Origin: Spirochaetota bacterium
Lineage (GTDB): Bacteria; Spirochaetota; UBA4802; UBA5550
Assembly (NCBI GenBank): GCA_029564515.1
Contig: JAKQPV010000125.1
Coordinates: forward strand, 28,287-92,286
Length of the DNA: 64,000 nt
Direction: 5' to 3'
Positions 45,809-54,244 of the stretch are shown here, one piece after another. The translations under genes and the position numbers were made by a program. The notes below the pieces were generated by a model, which saw only the letters and a program-made list of their open reading frames with translations, did no database searches and had not been told where the DNA came from. Positions within the stretch are counted from its first letter, which is position 1. Every line of letters starts with the position of its first letter.

Positions 45809-46365
45809 GCATGATTGAACTGTCTCCTGATGCGCCGCTCAACATGGATGCGGCACCGCTCCGCGATTACCTGGCAAGCGGCTGGCTCACGCACGACGGC
45901 ATGTGGTTCTATAACGCGTTTCTGGAAGGCGGGATCGAGCTGGCCAACCACCTGAACCTTGCCGCGATCCGGTCCATGGCGCCGATGGAGGCCCGCCGCA
46001 CCAGGAAGATCCTCGGCGCCGGGGACGGGCCGGTCAGGAGCTTCGACGAAGCGGCTGCGATCCTCTCCGGCGCCCTCAGGATGGTTTTACCGCGCTCGAT
46101 CATCGCCCGATTCAAGGTCACGGTGCCCGCAGAAGGCGTGTTCCGATGGGAATGGAAGAAGGGGGAATGCTTTGCGTACAAGGGTATCTGCCAGCTCGGT
46201 TGCATCGACCGGTACCGGTGCGGCGTCATATTCCGGATCGGGTGCTGGCTCGACGCAATGGATATCCAGCACCGCATTGAGCCGATGCCGGACGCCTGCA
46301 TGATGCATGAAAAGGGATTGTGCCGGGGCGATATTATCATGGAATTCCATAACGCGAAGGGGTAA
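45805..46365 (+). CDS. Small Cys-rich protein, ATC-hydrolase-like / DUF6125-like
   Basis: ATGA overlap with the preceding stop (45805-45808). The C-terminal pattern ECFAYKGICQLGCIDRYRCGVIFRIGCWLDAM...CMMHEKGLCRGDIIMEF resembles the L-2-amino-thiazoline-4-carboxylate hydrolase family as remembered. Confidence 0.5.
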   Translation: MSMIELSPDAPLNMDAAPLRDYLASGWLTHDGMWFYNAFLEGGIELANHLNLAAIRSMAPMEARRTRKILGAGDGPVRSFDEAAAILSGALRMVLPRSIIARFKVTVPAEGVFRWEWKKGECFAYKGICQLGCIDRYRCGVIFRIGCWLDAMDIQHRIEPMPDACMMHEKGLCRGDIIMEFHNAKG

Positions 46366-46404
46366 CGGCTTTCCAGGGATGCCGGGGTCGGACAACAGAT
46401 ATTG

Positions 46405-46418
46405 CCGATAGTTATCGG
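46405..46418. repeat. Solo copy of the 14-mer CCGATAGTTATCGG (plus degenerate TGTAGTTATCG at 46471-46481)
   Basis: Read directly, in the intergenic region between the ATC-hydrolase-like gene and the DUF2279-like gene. Confidence 0.6.
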
Positions 46419-46545
46419 TTAATACCGGTTTGTAATCCGCGAACTTCCCGACAGGTACCGCCTCATGCACTGTAGTTATCGTTCCAAATCTTCTCCGCTT
46501 TATGTAAAAAAACATCCCGATGAATTGAAAATATTAAAAATAATA

Positions 46546-46606
46546 TTGACAGTGTGGGACCCTGGCGATATTTAACCAATTGGTTAAATATATCAACTAA
46601 TTAGTT
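46546..46606 (+). promoter_or_regulatory. Putative promoter (TTGACA 46546-46551, 17-nt spacer, TATTTA 46569-46574) overlapped by a perfect 24-bp palindrome ATATTTAACCAATTGGTTAAATAT (46568-46591) and a 12-bp palindrome AACTAATTAGTT (46595-46606)
   Basis: Read directly, 27-65 nt upstream of ATG 46633. Confidence 0.45.
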
Positions 46607-46632
46607 AGGCGAATAATAACAGATAACCGGCC

Positions 46633-47640
46633 ATGAAGAAAGCCTGTGTACTGATCCTGTCATGCGTTTTTCTGCTCGCCATGCCGGCATTCGACACCGG
46701 ATGTCCATCCGGGTGCTTCACCAGCGCCGCATACGCGGCTGAAAAGGAAGACTCACCCGCACCGGAACCGGAAACCGTTAAAAAACGGGACATCCGCGAT
46801 GACGGGTATAAGCGGGAGGTGGTACGGTATGTATATTCCGCTGTTTTCCCGGCGCTCGTCATGGCGTACGGATTTTCCTCCTGGGGCTGGGCCAAACGCG
46901 ATTTCTGGCTCTGGTCCAATGAGGGCTGGTTCGGCCACACCACCCGTTACGGGGGATACGACAAGCTCGGACACGTGTTCAGCCATTACACCGCCATGCG
47001 GCTCAGCTGCGCCGTGTACAATTACACTGAACGGGGCTCGAACATGCGTTTCCTGTACGGCGGGCTGCTGACCATGCTCATGGGGCTGTCGATAGAGGTC
47101 GGCGACGCCTATTCCGGCTACGGTTTTTCATATCACGATCTCGTGTTCGATTCGATCGGTATACTGATCGGGGGCCTGCTGGAAGCCTTCCCGAAGGTGG
47201 ACGCATTCGTCAGCCTGAGCTGGGAATACTGGCCGAGCGAGGCGTTCAGGAAGCACCTGGACAGACCCTGGTTGCTGATCGACGATTACGGAGGCGCGAA
47301 AGTGCTGCTCAACATCAAGCTTGCAGGGTTCAGGGAGGTCGGGGTCAACATCCCGAACTTTTTCAGATACATCATGATCGACATCGGGTACGGGGTGAAG
47401 GGCTATACAGCCTTCGAGCGTGAGGCCGCCCTGGATAAATTCAACCTGCCGGTGCGCTCGCAGAACCTGTACGTGGGGATTTCAATTAATTTCGTTGAAG
47501 TCATCAAGGACCTGTTCAAGGACCCGGAGAGTCCGGGGTGCCGCGCATCACAGCAGCTGTTTAAATACTACCATATACCCGCGGGCTACAAGCACCGCAT
47601 CAACCTGAAGCAGAGCCTTAACACTACTGATCTGTACTGA
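46633..47640 (+). CDS. Exported/membrane protein, DUF2279 (YfiM)-like
   Basis: Signal peptide MKKACVLILSCVFLLAMPA. The YDKLGHVFSHY motif resembles the DK..H signature of DUF2279. The rest is unassigned. Confidence 0.5.
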   Translation: MKKACVLILSCVFLLAMPAFDTGCPSGCFTSAAYAAEKEDSPAPEPETVKKRDIRDDGYKREVVRYVYSAVFPALVMAYGFSSWGWAKRDFWLWSNEGWFGHTTRYGGYDKLGHVFSHYTAMRLSCAVYNYTERGSNMRFLYGGLLTMLMGLSIEVGDAYSGYGFSYHDLVFDSIGILIGGLLEAFPKVDAFVSLSWEYWPSEAFRKHLDRPWLLIDDYGGAKVLLNIKLAGFREVGVNIPNFFRYIMIDIGYGVKGYTAFEREAALDKFNLPVRSQNLYVGISINFVEVIKDLFKDPESPGCRASQQLFKYYHIPAGYKHRINLKQSLNTTDLY

Positions 47641-47643
47641 CAA

Positions 47644-48996
47644 TCAGGCGGGGGGCGCGGCGGGTCTGCGGTGCCGCTTGCGGTGGCGCTTCGGCCGGCT
47701 CCCGGCGGACACGGCCGCGGCATGCTCCGGCCCCCGGGTCACAGCGGTCTCCCCGCCGCCGAAAGGCGCATGCGGGGCGTGATGATGCTCGGCGCGGCGC
47801 GGCGGCGCTTCGGCCGCCCGCTGCTTCCAGTATCCCAGCTCTTTGGCGTGCTTTCCCGTAGCCTCGGCCAGTATCGTGAAAAAAAGGAACGCGTTGGGAA
47901 AATGCGCGTTGTTCACAAAGCGCTTCTCAAAGCCCCGCGCCTTCGGGCCGCCAGATGCGCGCGTGAAGCTCGACTGACGCGCTACCAGGTTGCACACCGC
48001 GTCCCATTCGCGCTTCGGGATCCGGAGCCGGGTCGCCAGCCCGGTGAACTTCTGGTGGAGCATGACGAACGATTCCTGGAAGCCGCGCTTCTCGCCCATC
48101 GCCTCGTCGAAAAGATCGTACAGCAGCACCGAGAGGAGCACGGCCGCAGGGATCTCTTCCCCCGCCTGCCGTCTGCGGTCCACTGCGGAGAGCCGGGCCA
48201 GCAGGGCCTGCCGGATCTTCATGGGGGCCAACTCCGGTATCCAGTTGCCCAGTATCTTCAATTCATCCAGCTTCGTTATCGTGCCGGCGGACGCGCTGCA
48301 CCGGAGTATCTTGTAGAGCTCCTCCAGCATGCGGTGAGCGTTAGACTGCGTGATCAGCGGCGCGCACTCGTGTGCCGCCTTGAGGTCATTTTTCGAAACG
48401 GTGAACCCGAGCTGTGCGCAGAAGCGCGCCGCGCGAATGATCCGCACCGGGTCCTCCTTGAACCGCTGGCACGGGTCGCCTATGGAGCGGATCACCTTCC
48501 TCTTGAGGTCTTCCAGGCCGCCGCTGTAATCTATGAGCGAGCCGTCGGCGCTGTTGTAATAAAGGCCGTTCACGGTGAAGTCGCGGCGCTGCGCGTCCTC
48601 GTCGATGGTCCCGTACACATTGTTCGCGGCGAAGGTGCCGTCCGCGGCCTGCTCCGGGTCCACGGCGGCGCGGAACGTGGCCACCTCCACGAACCGGTCT
48701 CGGCTGATATACACGTGGGCGAGCCGGAACCTCCTCCCAATCAGGAAACAGCGGCGGAATTGCCGCTTGATCTGCTGGGGACGGGCGTCAGTGACGATAT
48801 CGAAGTCCTTCGGCTTCTTGCCGAGCAGTATATCGCGGACGCACCCTCCCACCAGATGGGCCTGAAAGCCTGCCCTTCTCAGGCGGTTGAGTATGTCAAG
48901 GACGTTGTACTCGATATTCTTTTTAGAGAATGAATGGCCGCTCTGCGGCACGATGATCGGATACTTTTTCTTGAAAAGCGAGGAAAATAGTGACAT
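47644..48996 (-). CDS. pcnB: Poly(A) polymerase I / tRNA nucleotidyltransferase family
   Basis: HLVGGCVRDILLGKKPKDFDIVT, RRDFTVNGLYY, and a very basic C-terminal tail. Confidence 0.8.
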   Translation of the reverse strand: MSLFSSLFKKKYPIIVPQSGHSFSKKNIEYNVLDILNRLRRAGFQAHLVGGCVRDILLGKKPKDFDIVTDARPQQIKRQFRRCFLIGRRFRLAHVYISRDRFVEVATFRAAVDPEQAADGTFAANNVYGTIDEDAQRRDFTVNGLYYNSADGSLIDYSGGLEDLKRKVIRSIGDPCQRFKEDPVRIIRAARFCAQLGFTVSKNDLKAAHECAPLITQSNAHRMLEELYKILRCSASAGTITKLDELKILGNWIPELAPMKIRQALLARLSAVDRRRQAGEEIPAAVLLSVLLYDLFDEAMGEKRGFQESFVMLHQKFTGLATRLRIPKREWDAVCNLVARQSSFTRASGGPKARGFEKRFVNNAHFPNAFLFFTILAEATGKHAKELGYWKQRAAEAPPRRAEHHHAPHAPFGGGETAVTRGPEHAAAVSAGSRPKRHRKRHRRPAAPPA

Positions 48997-49197
48997 GTCT
49001 ATTATTTGTCTGAATTTGATGAATTACTTGCATATAACATAACATGCTATTCCGTCAAGTAATAATTAGTTTATTCTGCCGGCCGTTGCGGAGCGGCCTG
49101 CAGTACGGCCATGCTGTTTCCAAAGAAAGAACCCCTTGCCGAAATGTTCTTTACAGGAACCGCTTTTTATGCGGTAATCCGGCAGCGAAAGGAGCGA

Positions 49198-50814
49198 ATG
49201 AAAACCGTACCAGGCACCAGCATGAAAAATGGCACCGGGTTCTCCCTGAAACAGGCCGCCCTGCTCGCCGCTCTCTGCGTCGTGACGGCGCTTGCACCGC
49301 TCCCGGCCCATGGCCGCGCGGAACCCGGAGCATGGGAATACCTCTGGGGCGATCGGACTGAACCGGACCGCGCGGCCGACCCCGTGCCCGCCGGGCCGTG
49401 GCAAACCGCGACGTCGCCCCTTGATCCGCCGGGCCGGGGGCTGAATACGGTTCTCTGGCTCCGCGTTCCCGTCCCGGCCTTGAACGAAGCACAGCCCCCG
49501 GTATATTTCGACTGCGTGTATTACGACTTCGATGCGTTCTACCGGGGAAGGCTCCTGTACCGATACCCGGCCGGCTCTGACGCCGTAGCATTTCACGGCA
49601 GGCCCTGGCATATAGTTCCCCTTCCGGCCGGCGCGGGAGGAGATCGCCTCTACCTCAGGGTCCGGTCCACGCGGCCCGAGATCGGCATCCCGGGCGCCGT
49701 ACGCTTCGGCGGCTATTCCGGGCATGTGACCGGCATCATCCGGGGCGACCAGCTCCGGGCGACCGTGGCGCTCCTGCTCGTGCTGGCGGGGGCGCTGGCC
49801 CTCCTCCGAGGCGCGGGGCGAAGGGCTGACCGGTCGCTCCTCTGGGGCGGCTGCGCGCTCGTGCTCCTCGGGATCTGGAACATCGGCAACACGCGGATCA
49901 AGCTGCTCTACCTGAACGAGCCGCTCCTCTGGCTCTACGCGGAGCACGCGTCCCTCTATTTTTCCCCGGTAGCGATCGGCCTTTTCCTCGAGCGGATCTT
50001 CGGCCGGGGGCCGGGCTCTTCCGTCCGCCGTGGCTGGCAGTTCCTGCTCGCCTGCGCGATCGCGTTCATGGCAGTGTCAGTCTACGACCCGTACTGGCTC
50101 CGGGCATACACCCTCCGTCCGTTCCAGGTGCTCCTGGCGCTCTACCTGGTCGTGGTCTGTGCCTTCATCACGCGCGAGGCGCTGCGCGGAGATATAGACG
50201 CCCGGATCGCGGCAAGCGGGCTGGCGGCGGCGATCGCCACCGGTCTCTACGACATTGCCGTGTCTTTCCTGGGCCTGAGCTTCATCCTTCCCAAGGTGAG
50301 CTATCTCGGCCTCCTGGCTTTCATCGCCTCCCTCGGCATGGTGATGGACCGCCGCCTGCGTGTTGTCCCGGCCAAGCTCCTGTCCTTCTCGACCACCCGG
50401 GAGGGAACGGACAGTGGAGCACCGGTTGGCGATCAGCAGGAGAAAAAGTCCGCCCCCGCCGCCATAACGCCCGACATACGGGCAAAGCTTGAGCAGGCCA
50501 TCTCCTACCTCAAGGAACACTATACCGAGGACGTGTCACGCGAGGGGCTTGCCGCACTCATCGGCATGAACCACGATTATTTCGGGAAAATGTTTATCAG
50601 CTATACGGGGAAAAAATTCTCTTCATATATAAATGAATTGAGGATTACAAAAGCAGCAGGTATTCTCACAACCACAGACCAGAATATAGTCAATATAGCA
50701 TTTTCTGTCGGTTATGAGAGCCTTTCGACTTTTTACAGGGCATTCCAGGGAGTAACCGGCCTGTCTCCCCTTGCTTACAGGGAGCGTTTCAGCAATAACC
50801 CCCCGGAAAACTGA
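49198..50814 (+). CDS. AraC-family regulator with periplasmic sensor + 7TM (7TMR-DISM-like) N-terminus
   Basis: Signal/TM segment, about 170 aa extracytoplasmic part, about 7 TM helices, then the AraC HTH (SREGLAALIGMNHDYFGKMF...FSVGYESLSTFYRAFQGVTGLSPLAYR). ATG 49198 is preceded by AAGGAG. Confidence 0.8.
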   Translation: MKTVPGTSMKNGTGFSLKQAALLAALCVVTALAPLPAHGRAEPGAWEYLWGDRTEPDRAADPVPAGPWQTATSPLDPPGRGLNTVLWLRVPVPALNEAQPPVYFDCVYYDFDAFYRGRLLYRYPAGSDAVAFHGRPWHIVPLPAGAGGDRLYLRVRSTRPEIGIPGAVRFGGYSGHVTGIIRGDQLRATVALLLVLAGALALLRGAGRRADRSLLWGGCALVLLGIWNIGNTRIKLLYLNEPLLWLYAEHASLYFSPVAIGLFLERIFGRGPGSSVRRGWQFLLACAIAFMAVSVYDPYWLRAYTLRPFQVLLALYLVVVCAFITREALRGDIDARIAASGLAAAIATGLYDIAVSFLGLSFILPKVSYLGLLAFIASLGMVMDRRLRVVPAKLLSFSTTREGTDSGAPVGDQQEKKSAPAAITPDIRAKLEQAISYLKEHYTEDVSREGLAALIGMNHDYFGKMFISYTGKKFSSYINELRITKAAGILTTTDQNIVNIAFSVGYESLSTFYRAFQGVTGLSPLAYRERFSNNPPEN

Positions 50815-50940
50815 ATGTCAGGGGCTGGTGTCAGAGTATCAGTATTGGTCCACAGAGTAAATCGAGGGGTAAAAAAAAATTAAAAAAACCGACCCGCCGG
50901 TTCTCATTTTCAGATTTTCTCTGATATTGAGAAGACAGGC

Positions 50941-50954
50941 CGATAGTTATCGGT
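50941..50954. repeat. Solo copy of the 14-mer CCGATAGTTATCGG, 90 nt upstream of the phosphoesterase gene
   Basis: Read directly. Confidence 0.6.
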
Positions 50955-51043
50955 ATATGCTGACTGTACCGTGACTGTTAAGCACCACGGAAGCCGGTCA
51001 CCCGGCCGCGTTATTTTACCACCATATCAATCGGGAGGTCATA

Positions 51044-52192
51044 ATGTTTAAAAGGAAACTCTGGTTATTCTCATTAATTGTTTCCGCCGTTCTTCTCGCC
51101 GCCGCGTGCGACGATTCCGGCGGGAAGAACCCCTATCTCATCTACACCGGCAGCAATACCGCTATGAAGGTCATGTGGCAGATGACGGCAACCAATACCT
51201 GCACGCTCGAGTGGGGCACGCAGGAGGGGATCTACACGCTGGGGAAAGTGACGACGACCGAGAACAGCAGTTCGACGAACCAGCACATTCACTCCTACAC
51301 GATCAGCGGGCTCCAGCCCGGCACGAAGTATTACTACCGGGCCATGGGCGGTGGCCTGACCCGTACCGGCTCGTTCTACACTGCGCCGGCAGCGGACGCG
51401 ACCGACGTCAATTTCCTGGCATTCGGCGATACCCGCTCCGCGACCACCACGCATGACCAGGTGTGCGCGGGGGTCATATCCAATTTTACTGACGACCCGG
51501 AGACCAACTACCAGACCCTCGCCATCGGCGTCGGAGATATAGCCTTCGACGGCCTCGAAGCGACATGGAACAAGGAGTTCTTCAACAAGAGCCTGACGAA
51601 CGCCCAGGCCTTCCTCGCCTCGGTGCCGTTCACGCCGCCCATGGGAAACCATGAATACGACGGCAAAACATTTAAAAAATACTTCGCGTTTCCCTACGTG
51701 GCAAACCGCTACTGGTCATATGATTACGGCCCCGTCCACGTAGTCATCGTGGACCAGTACGCCTCGTATTCCCCCGGCAGCGCCCAGTACAATTGGATCG
51801 AGCAGGACCTGGCGAAATCGACCAAGACCTGGAAGATAATCGCGCTGCACGAGCCGGGCTGGTCGTGCGCGAGCTCCGACCTGTTCGAGGGGCACGCGAA
51901 CAACACGAGCGTGCAGAACTATATCCAGCCCCTCTGCGTCAAGTACGGCGTATCGCTGGTCATCGCGGGCCACAACCACTATTACGCGCGGGCCGAGGTG
52001 GGCGGCGTTACGCACCTGACCACCGCGGGCGGCGGCGCGCCGCTCTACTCCCCCAGGATAGGCGAGCCGAACGTGGTGATAGCGATCGAGTCACTTCATT
52101 ACTGCAAGTTCGAGGTCCGCGGCGACGAGCTCTTCTGCGAGGCAGTGACGCCGGAGGGCACGATCCTGGATTCGTTTAACATTTCGAAGTAG
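51044..52192 (+). CDS. Purple-acid-phosphatase-like metallophosphoesterase lipoprotein
   Basis: Lipobox LLAAC and an N-terminal FN3-like domain (YYYRA). Metallophosphatase motifs GDTRS, GDIAFDG, GNHEYD, ALHEPGWS, GHNHYY. Confidence 0.8.
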   Translation: MFKRKLWLFSLIVSAVLLAAACDDSGGKNPYLIYTGSNTAMKVMWQMTATNTCTLEWGTQEGIYTLGKVTTTENSSSTNQHIHSYTISGLQPGTKYYYRAMGGGLTRTGSFYTAPAADATDVNFLAFGDTRSATTTHDQVCAGVISNFTDDPETNYQTLAIGVGDIAFDGLEATWNKEFFNKSLTNAQAFLASVPFTPPMGNHEYDGKTFKKYFAFPYVANRYWSYDYGPVHVVIVDQYASYSPGSAQYNWIEQDLAKSTKTWKIIALHEPGWSCASSDLFEGHANNTSVQNYIQPLCVKYGVSLVIAGHNHYYARAEVGGVTHLTTAGGGAPLYSPRIGEPNVVIAIESLHYCKFEVRGDELFCEAVTPEGTILDSFNISK

Positions 52193-52199
52193 CACCGAG

Positions 52200-52231
52200 C
52201 GACAGGCGCGCAAACGTTTGCGCGCCTGTCG
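52200..52231. terminator. Bidirectional terminator candidate: perfect 32-bp palindrome CGACAGGCGCGCAAAC|GTTTGCGCGCCTGTCG between convergent genes
   Basis: Read directly, 8 nt after the stop at 52192 and 9 nt before the stop at 52240. Confidence 0.65.
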
Positions 52232-52239
52232 ATAAAGGG

Positions 52240-53100
52240 TTATTTCTTCCTGAAAAGCAGCTGCGCGTCGCCGATGTGGAGGTCGTCCCTTCCCGAGAAC
52301 CGCGGCGCGAGCCTGATGTCCGGCACCTCGTATTCGCGCACGACCTTCCAGACCAGCTCGAAGCCATTCGAGGTGAACAGGTCGATATATTCCCCGTACC
52401 GGACCCGGTTCGTATAGGTGATGGAGTCCTCGGTCAGCAGAAGGTCCCACGTGAAATCGGAATACTTGTAGAAGAGAAACGGGTTGCCGAAAAAATGGAA
52501 CTTGTCCTTGAGGTCGATGACATGGAAGAGCATGCCGCCGCTGGCGAGAATGTCGCTCATCTTGCGTATGTACCGGGGCAGGTCCCGGATATGGTGGAGA
52601 ACGGCGATCGAGTAGATGAAGTCCACCCGCTCGCCGAAATCGACATCGGCAAGGTCGCCGGCGATGAACCGTATGTATTTCGGGTCCGGCATGCAGGTAG
52701 TGTTGTCGACGTATTCGAAACGGTCCACGCTCCAGCGTACTTTGAAAAAGTCGATCTCGCTCCGCACGTATGAGCGCTGCGCGACGGAATCGCAATGGCG
52801 CGGATACTTGTCGATGAGCGTTACGCTCCGCGCGCCGGCGTGGAGGAAGTTGTAGGCGTTGATAAAGGAGTTCCCGGGACCGATCTCGAGCACGGACTTG
52901 CCCTTGATGGAAAACCCATGGCTCTCCATCTGCCTTCTGATTATCCCGAAGTAGCCGTCAAGCGAGTGAAAATCGCTGCTGTATACCCGCGGCATGAGCC
53001 TGTTGACAAGCCTGAAAAGCCTCAGCTTGCAGTAAAAAAAACGTACGATGAAATCGAACCGACTGACAAAAAAGCTCGTGAACGCGCCATACTTCTTCAT
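52240..53100 (-). CDS. Class I SAM-dependent methyltransferase
   Basis: Motif I VLEIGPGNS and post-I LIDKY. The start is uncertain (alternative MPRVYSS...). Confidence 0.7.
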   Translation of the reverse strand: MKKYGAFTSFFVSRFDFIVRFFYCKLRLFRLVNRLMPRVYSSDFHSLDGYFGIIRRQMESHGFSIKGKSVLEIGPGNSFINAYNFLHAGARSVTLIDKYPRHCDSVAQRSYVRSEIDFFKVRWSVDRFEYVDNTTCMPDPKYIRFIAGDLADVDFGERVDFIYSIAVLHHIRDLPRYIRKMSDILASGGMLFHVIDLKDKFHFFGNPFLFYKYSDFTWDLLLTEDSITYTNRVRYGEYIDLFTSNGFELVWKVVREYEVPDIRLAPRFSGRDDLHIGDAQLLFRKK

Positions 53101-53278
53101 GAATAAAACTGGTCATCTGCCTGGGTAAAGAGTTATTCTCTTTTTTCAATACCCTTAATCTATGTCAAGATATTATCACGGAATATTTTTTATTTCCATG
53201 TAGTGCTGTTGAATGAAATTCCGCGCGAGTCCGAAGTTGTAAGTTTTTTCAGATGCGGCCGGGCTGTTCGCATAATCT

Positions 53279-54244
53279 TTAACCGGAAAAATGGTCAAAC
53301 CCGCCTTTCATGTCTATATGCCGGCCCCCGTGCAGCATGAAGATCCCCTCCTTCTTCTGGAGGACCTCGCCCACAACAGTGAAGTCGGAAAATTCGCTTT
53401 TCAGCGCGCCGAGCCTGTCCGGCGCCAGAGTGAATACCAGCTCGAAATCCTCGCCCCCGTACAGGGCGTAGTCATACGGATCTCCGCCGGCCGCGTACGC
53501 GGCATCGCGCGTTTCCTGCGACAGGGGGATCGCATCCCGGTCGATGCGCGCGCCCGTGCCGCTCTCCTCGCAGATGTGCCCCACCTCGCTCGCCAGCCCA
53601 TCGCTCACGTCGATCATGGCGCCGGCGTTGCGCGCGATCGCACGGCCCTCGGACGCGAGGCGGCAATGAGGCTCGAGGTAGCCGGAAAGGTAGCCGGTGC
53701 GCTTCCCGTCCATGAGCAGACGGAGGCCCGCCTCGCTCTTTCCCAGGGTGCCGGTCACGCAGATGAGCTCTCCGGGCCGCGCGCCGGAGCGGAGGCGCAC
53801 CCGCTCTTTTTCCACGCTGCCGGCCAGGGCGAGGTTCAGGACCATCTCGCGCCCGCGCGTCGTGTCGCCGCCGGCGAGCACCACGCCGTGCACCGCCGCG
53901 GAGGCGTACAGCCCGCGGTAGAATTCGTCCATGAACTCGACCTGCGTGTCAGCCTTCAGGGCCAGGGAGATAAAAGCCCAGCGCGGAGTCCCGCCCATGG
54001 CAATGATGTCGGACACGTTCACCTCCATGAGCTTGCTCCCGAGCTGGAAGGGACTGTACCAGTCGAGCGAGAAATGCGTGTTCTCCACCATCATGTCGAC
54101 CGTGACCAGGGTGTATTCGCTCCCGCCGGTCTCGAGCACGGCGCAGTCATCGCCGACGCCCCGGACCACTGAGGGATCGCTCCCCGGCGCGCCGGTTACC
54201 CGCTTTATGAAGGCGAATTCGCCGCCTATATCGGAAAGCTTCAT
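53279..54244 (-). CDS. thiL: Thiamine-monophosphate kinase
   Basis: AIR-synthase-like fold: GEFAFIKR, GVGDDCAVLE, GGDTTRG. ATG 54244 overlaps the thiC stop (ATGA). Confidence 0.85.
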   Translation of the reverse strand: MKLSDIGGEFAFIKRVTGAPGSDPSVVRGVGDDCAVLETGGSEYTLVTVDMMVENTHFSLDWYSPFQLGSKLMEVNVSDIIAMGGTPRWAFISLALKADTQVEFMDEFYRGLYASAAVHGVVLAGGDTTRGREMVLNLALAGSVEKERVRLRSGARPGELICVTGTLGKSEAGLRLLMDGKRTGYLSGYLEPHCRLASEGRAIARNAGAMIDVSDGLASEVGHICEESGTGARIDRDAIPLSQETRDAAYAAGGDPYDYALYGGEDFELVFTLAPDRLGALKSEFSDFTVVGEVLQKKEGIFMLHGGRHIDMKGGFDHFSG

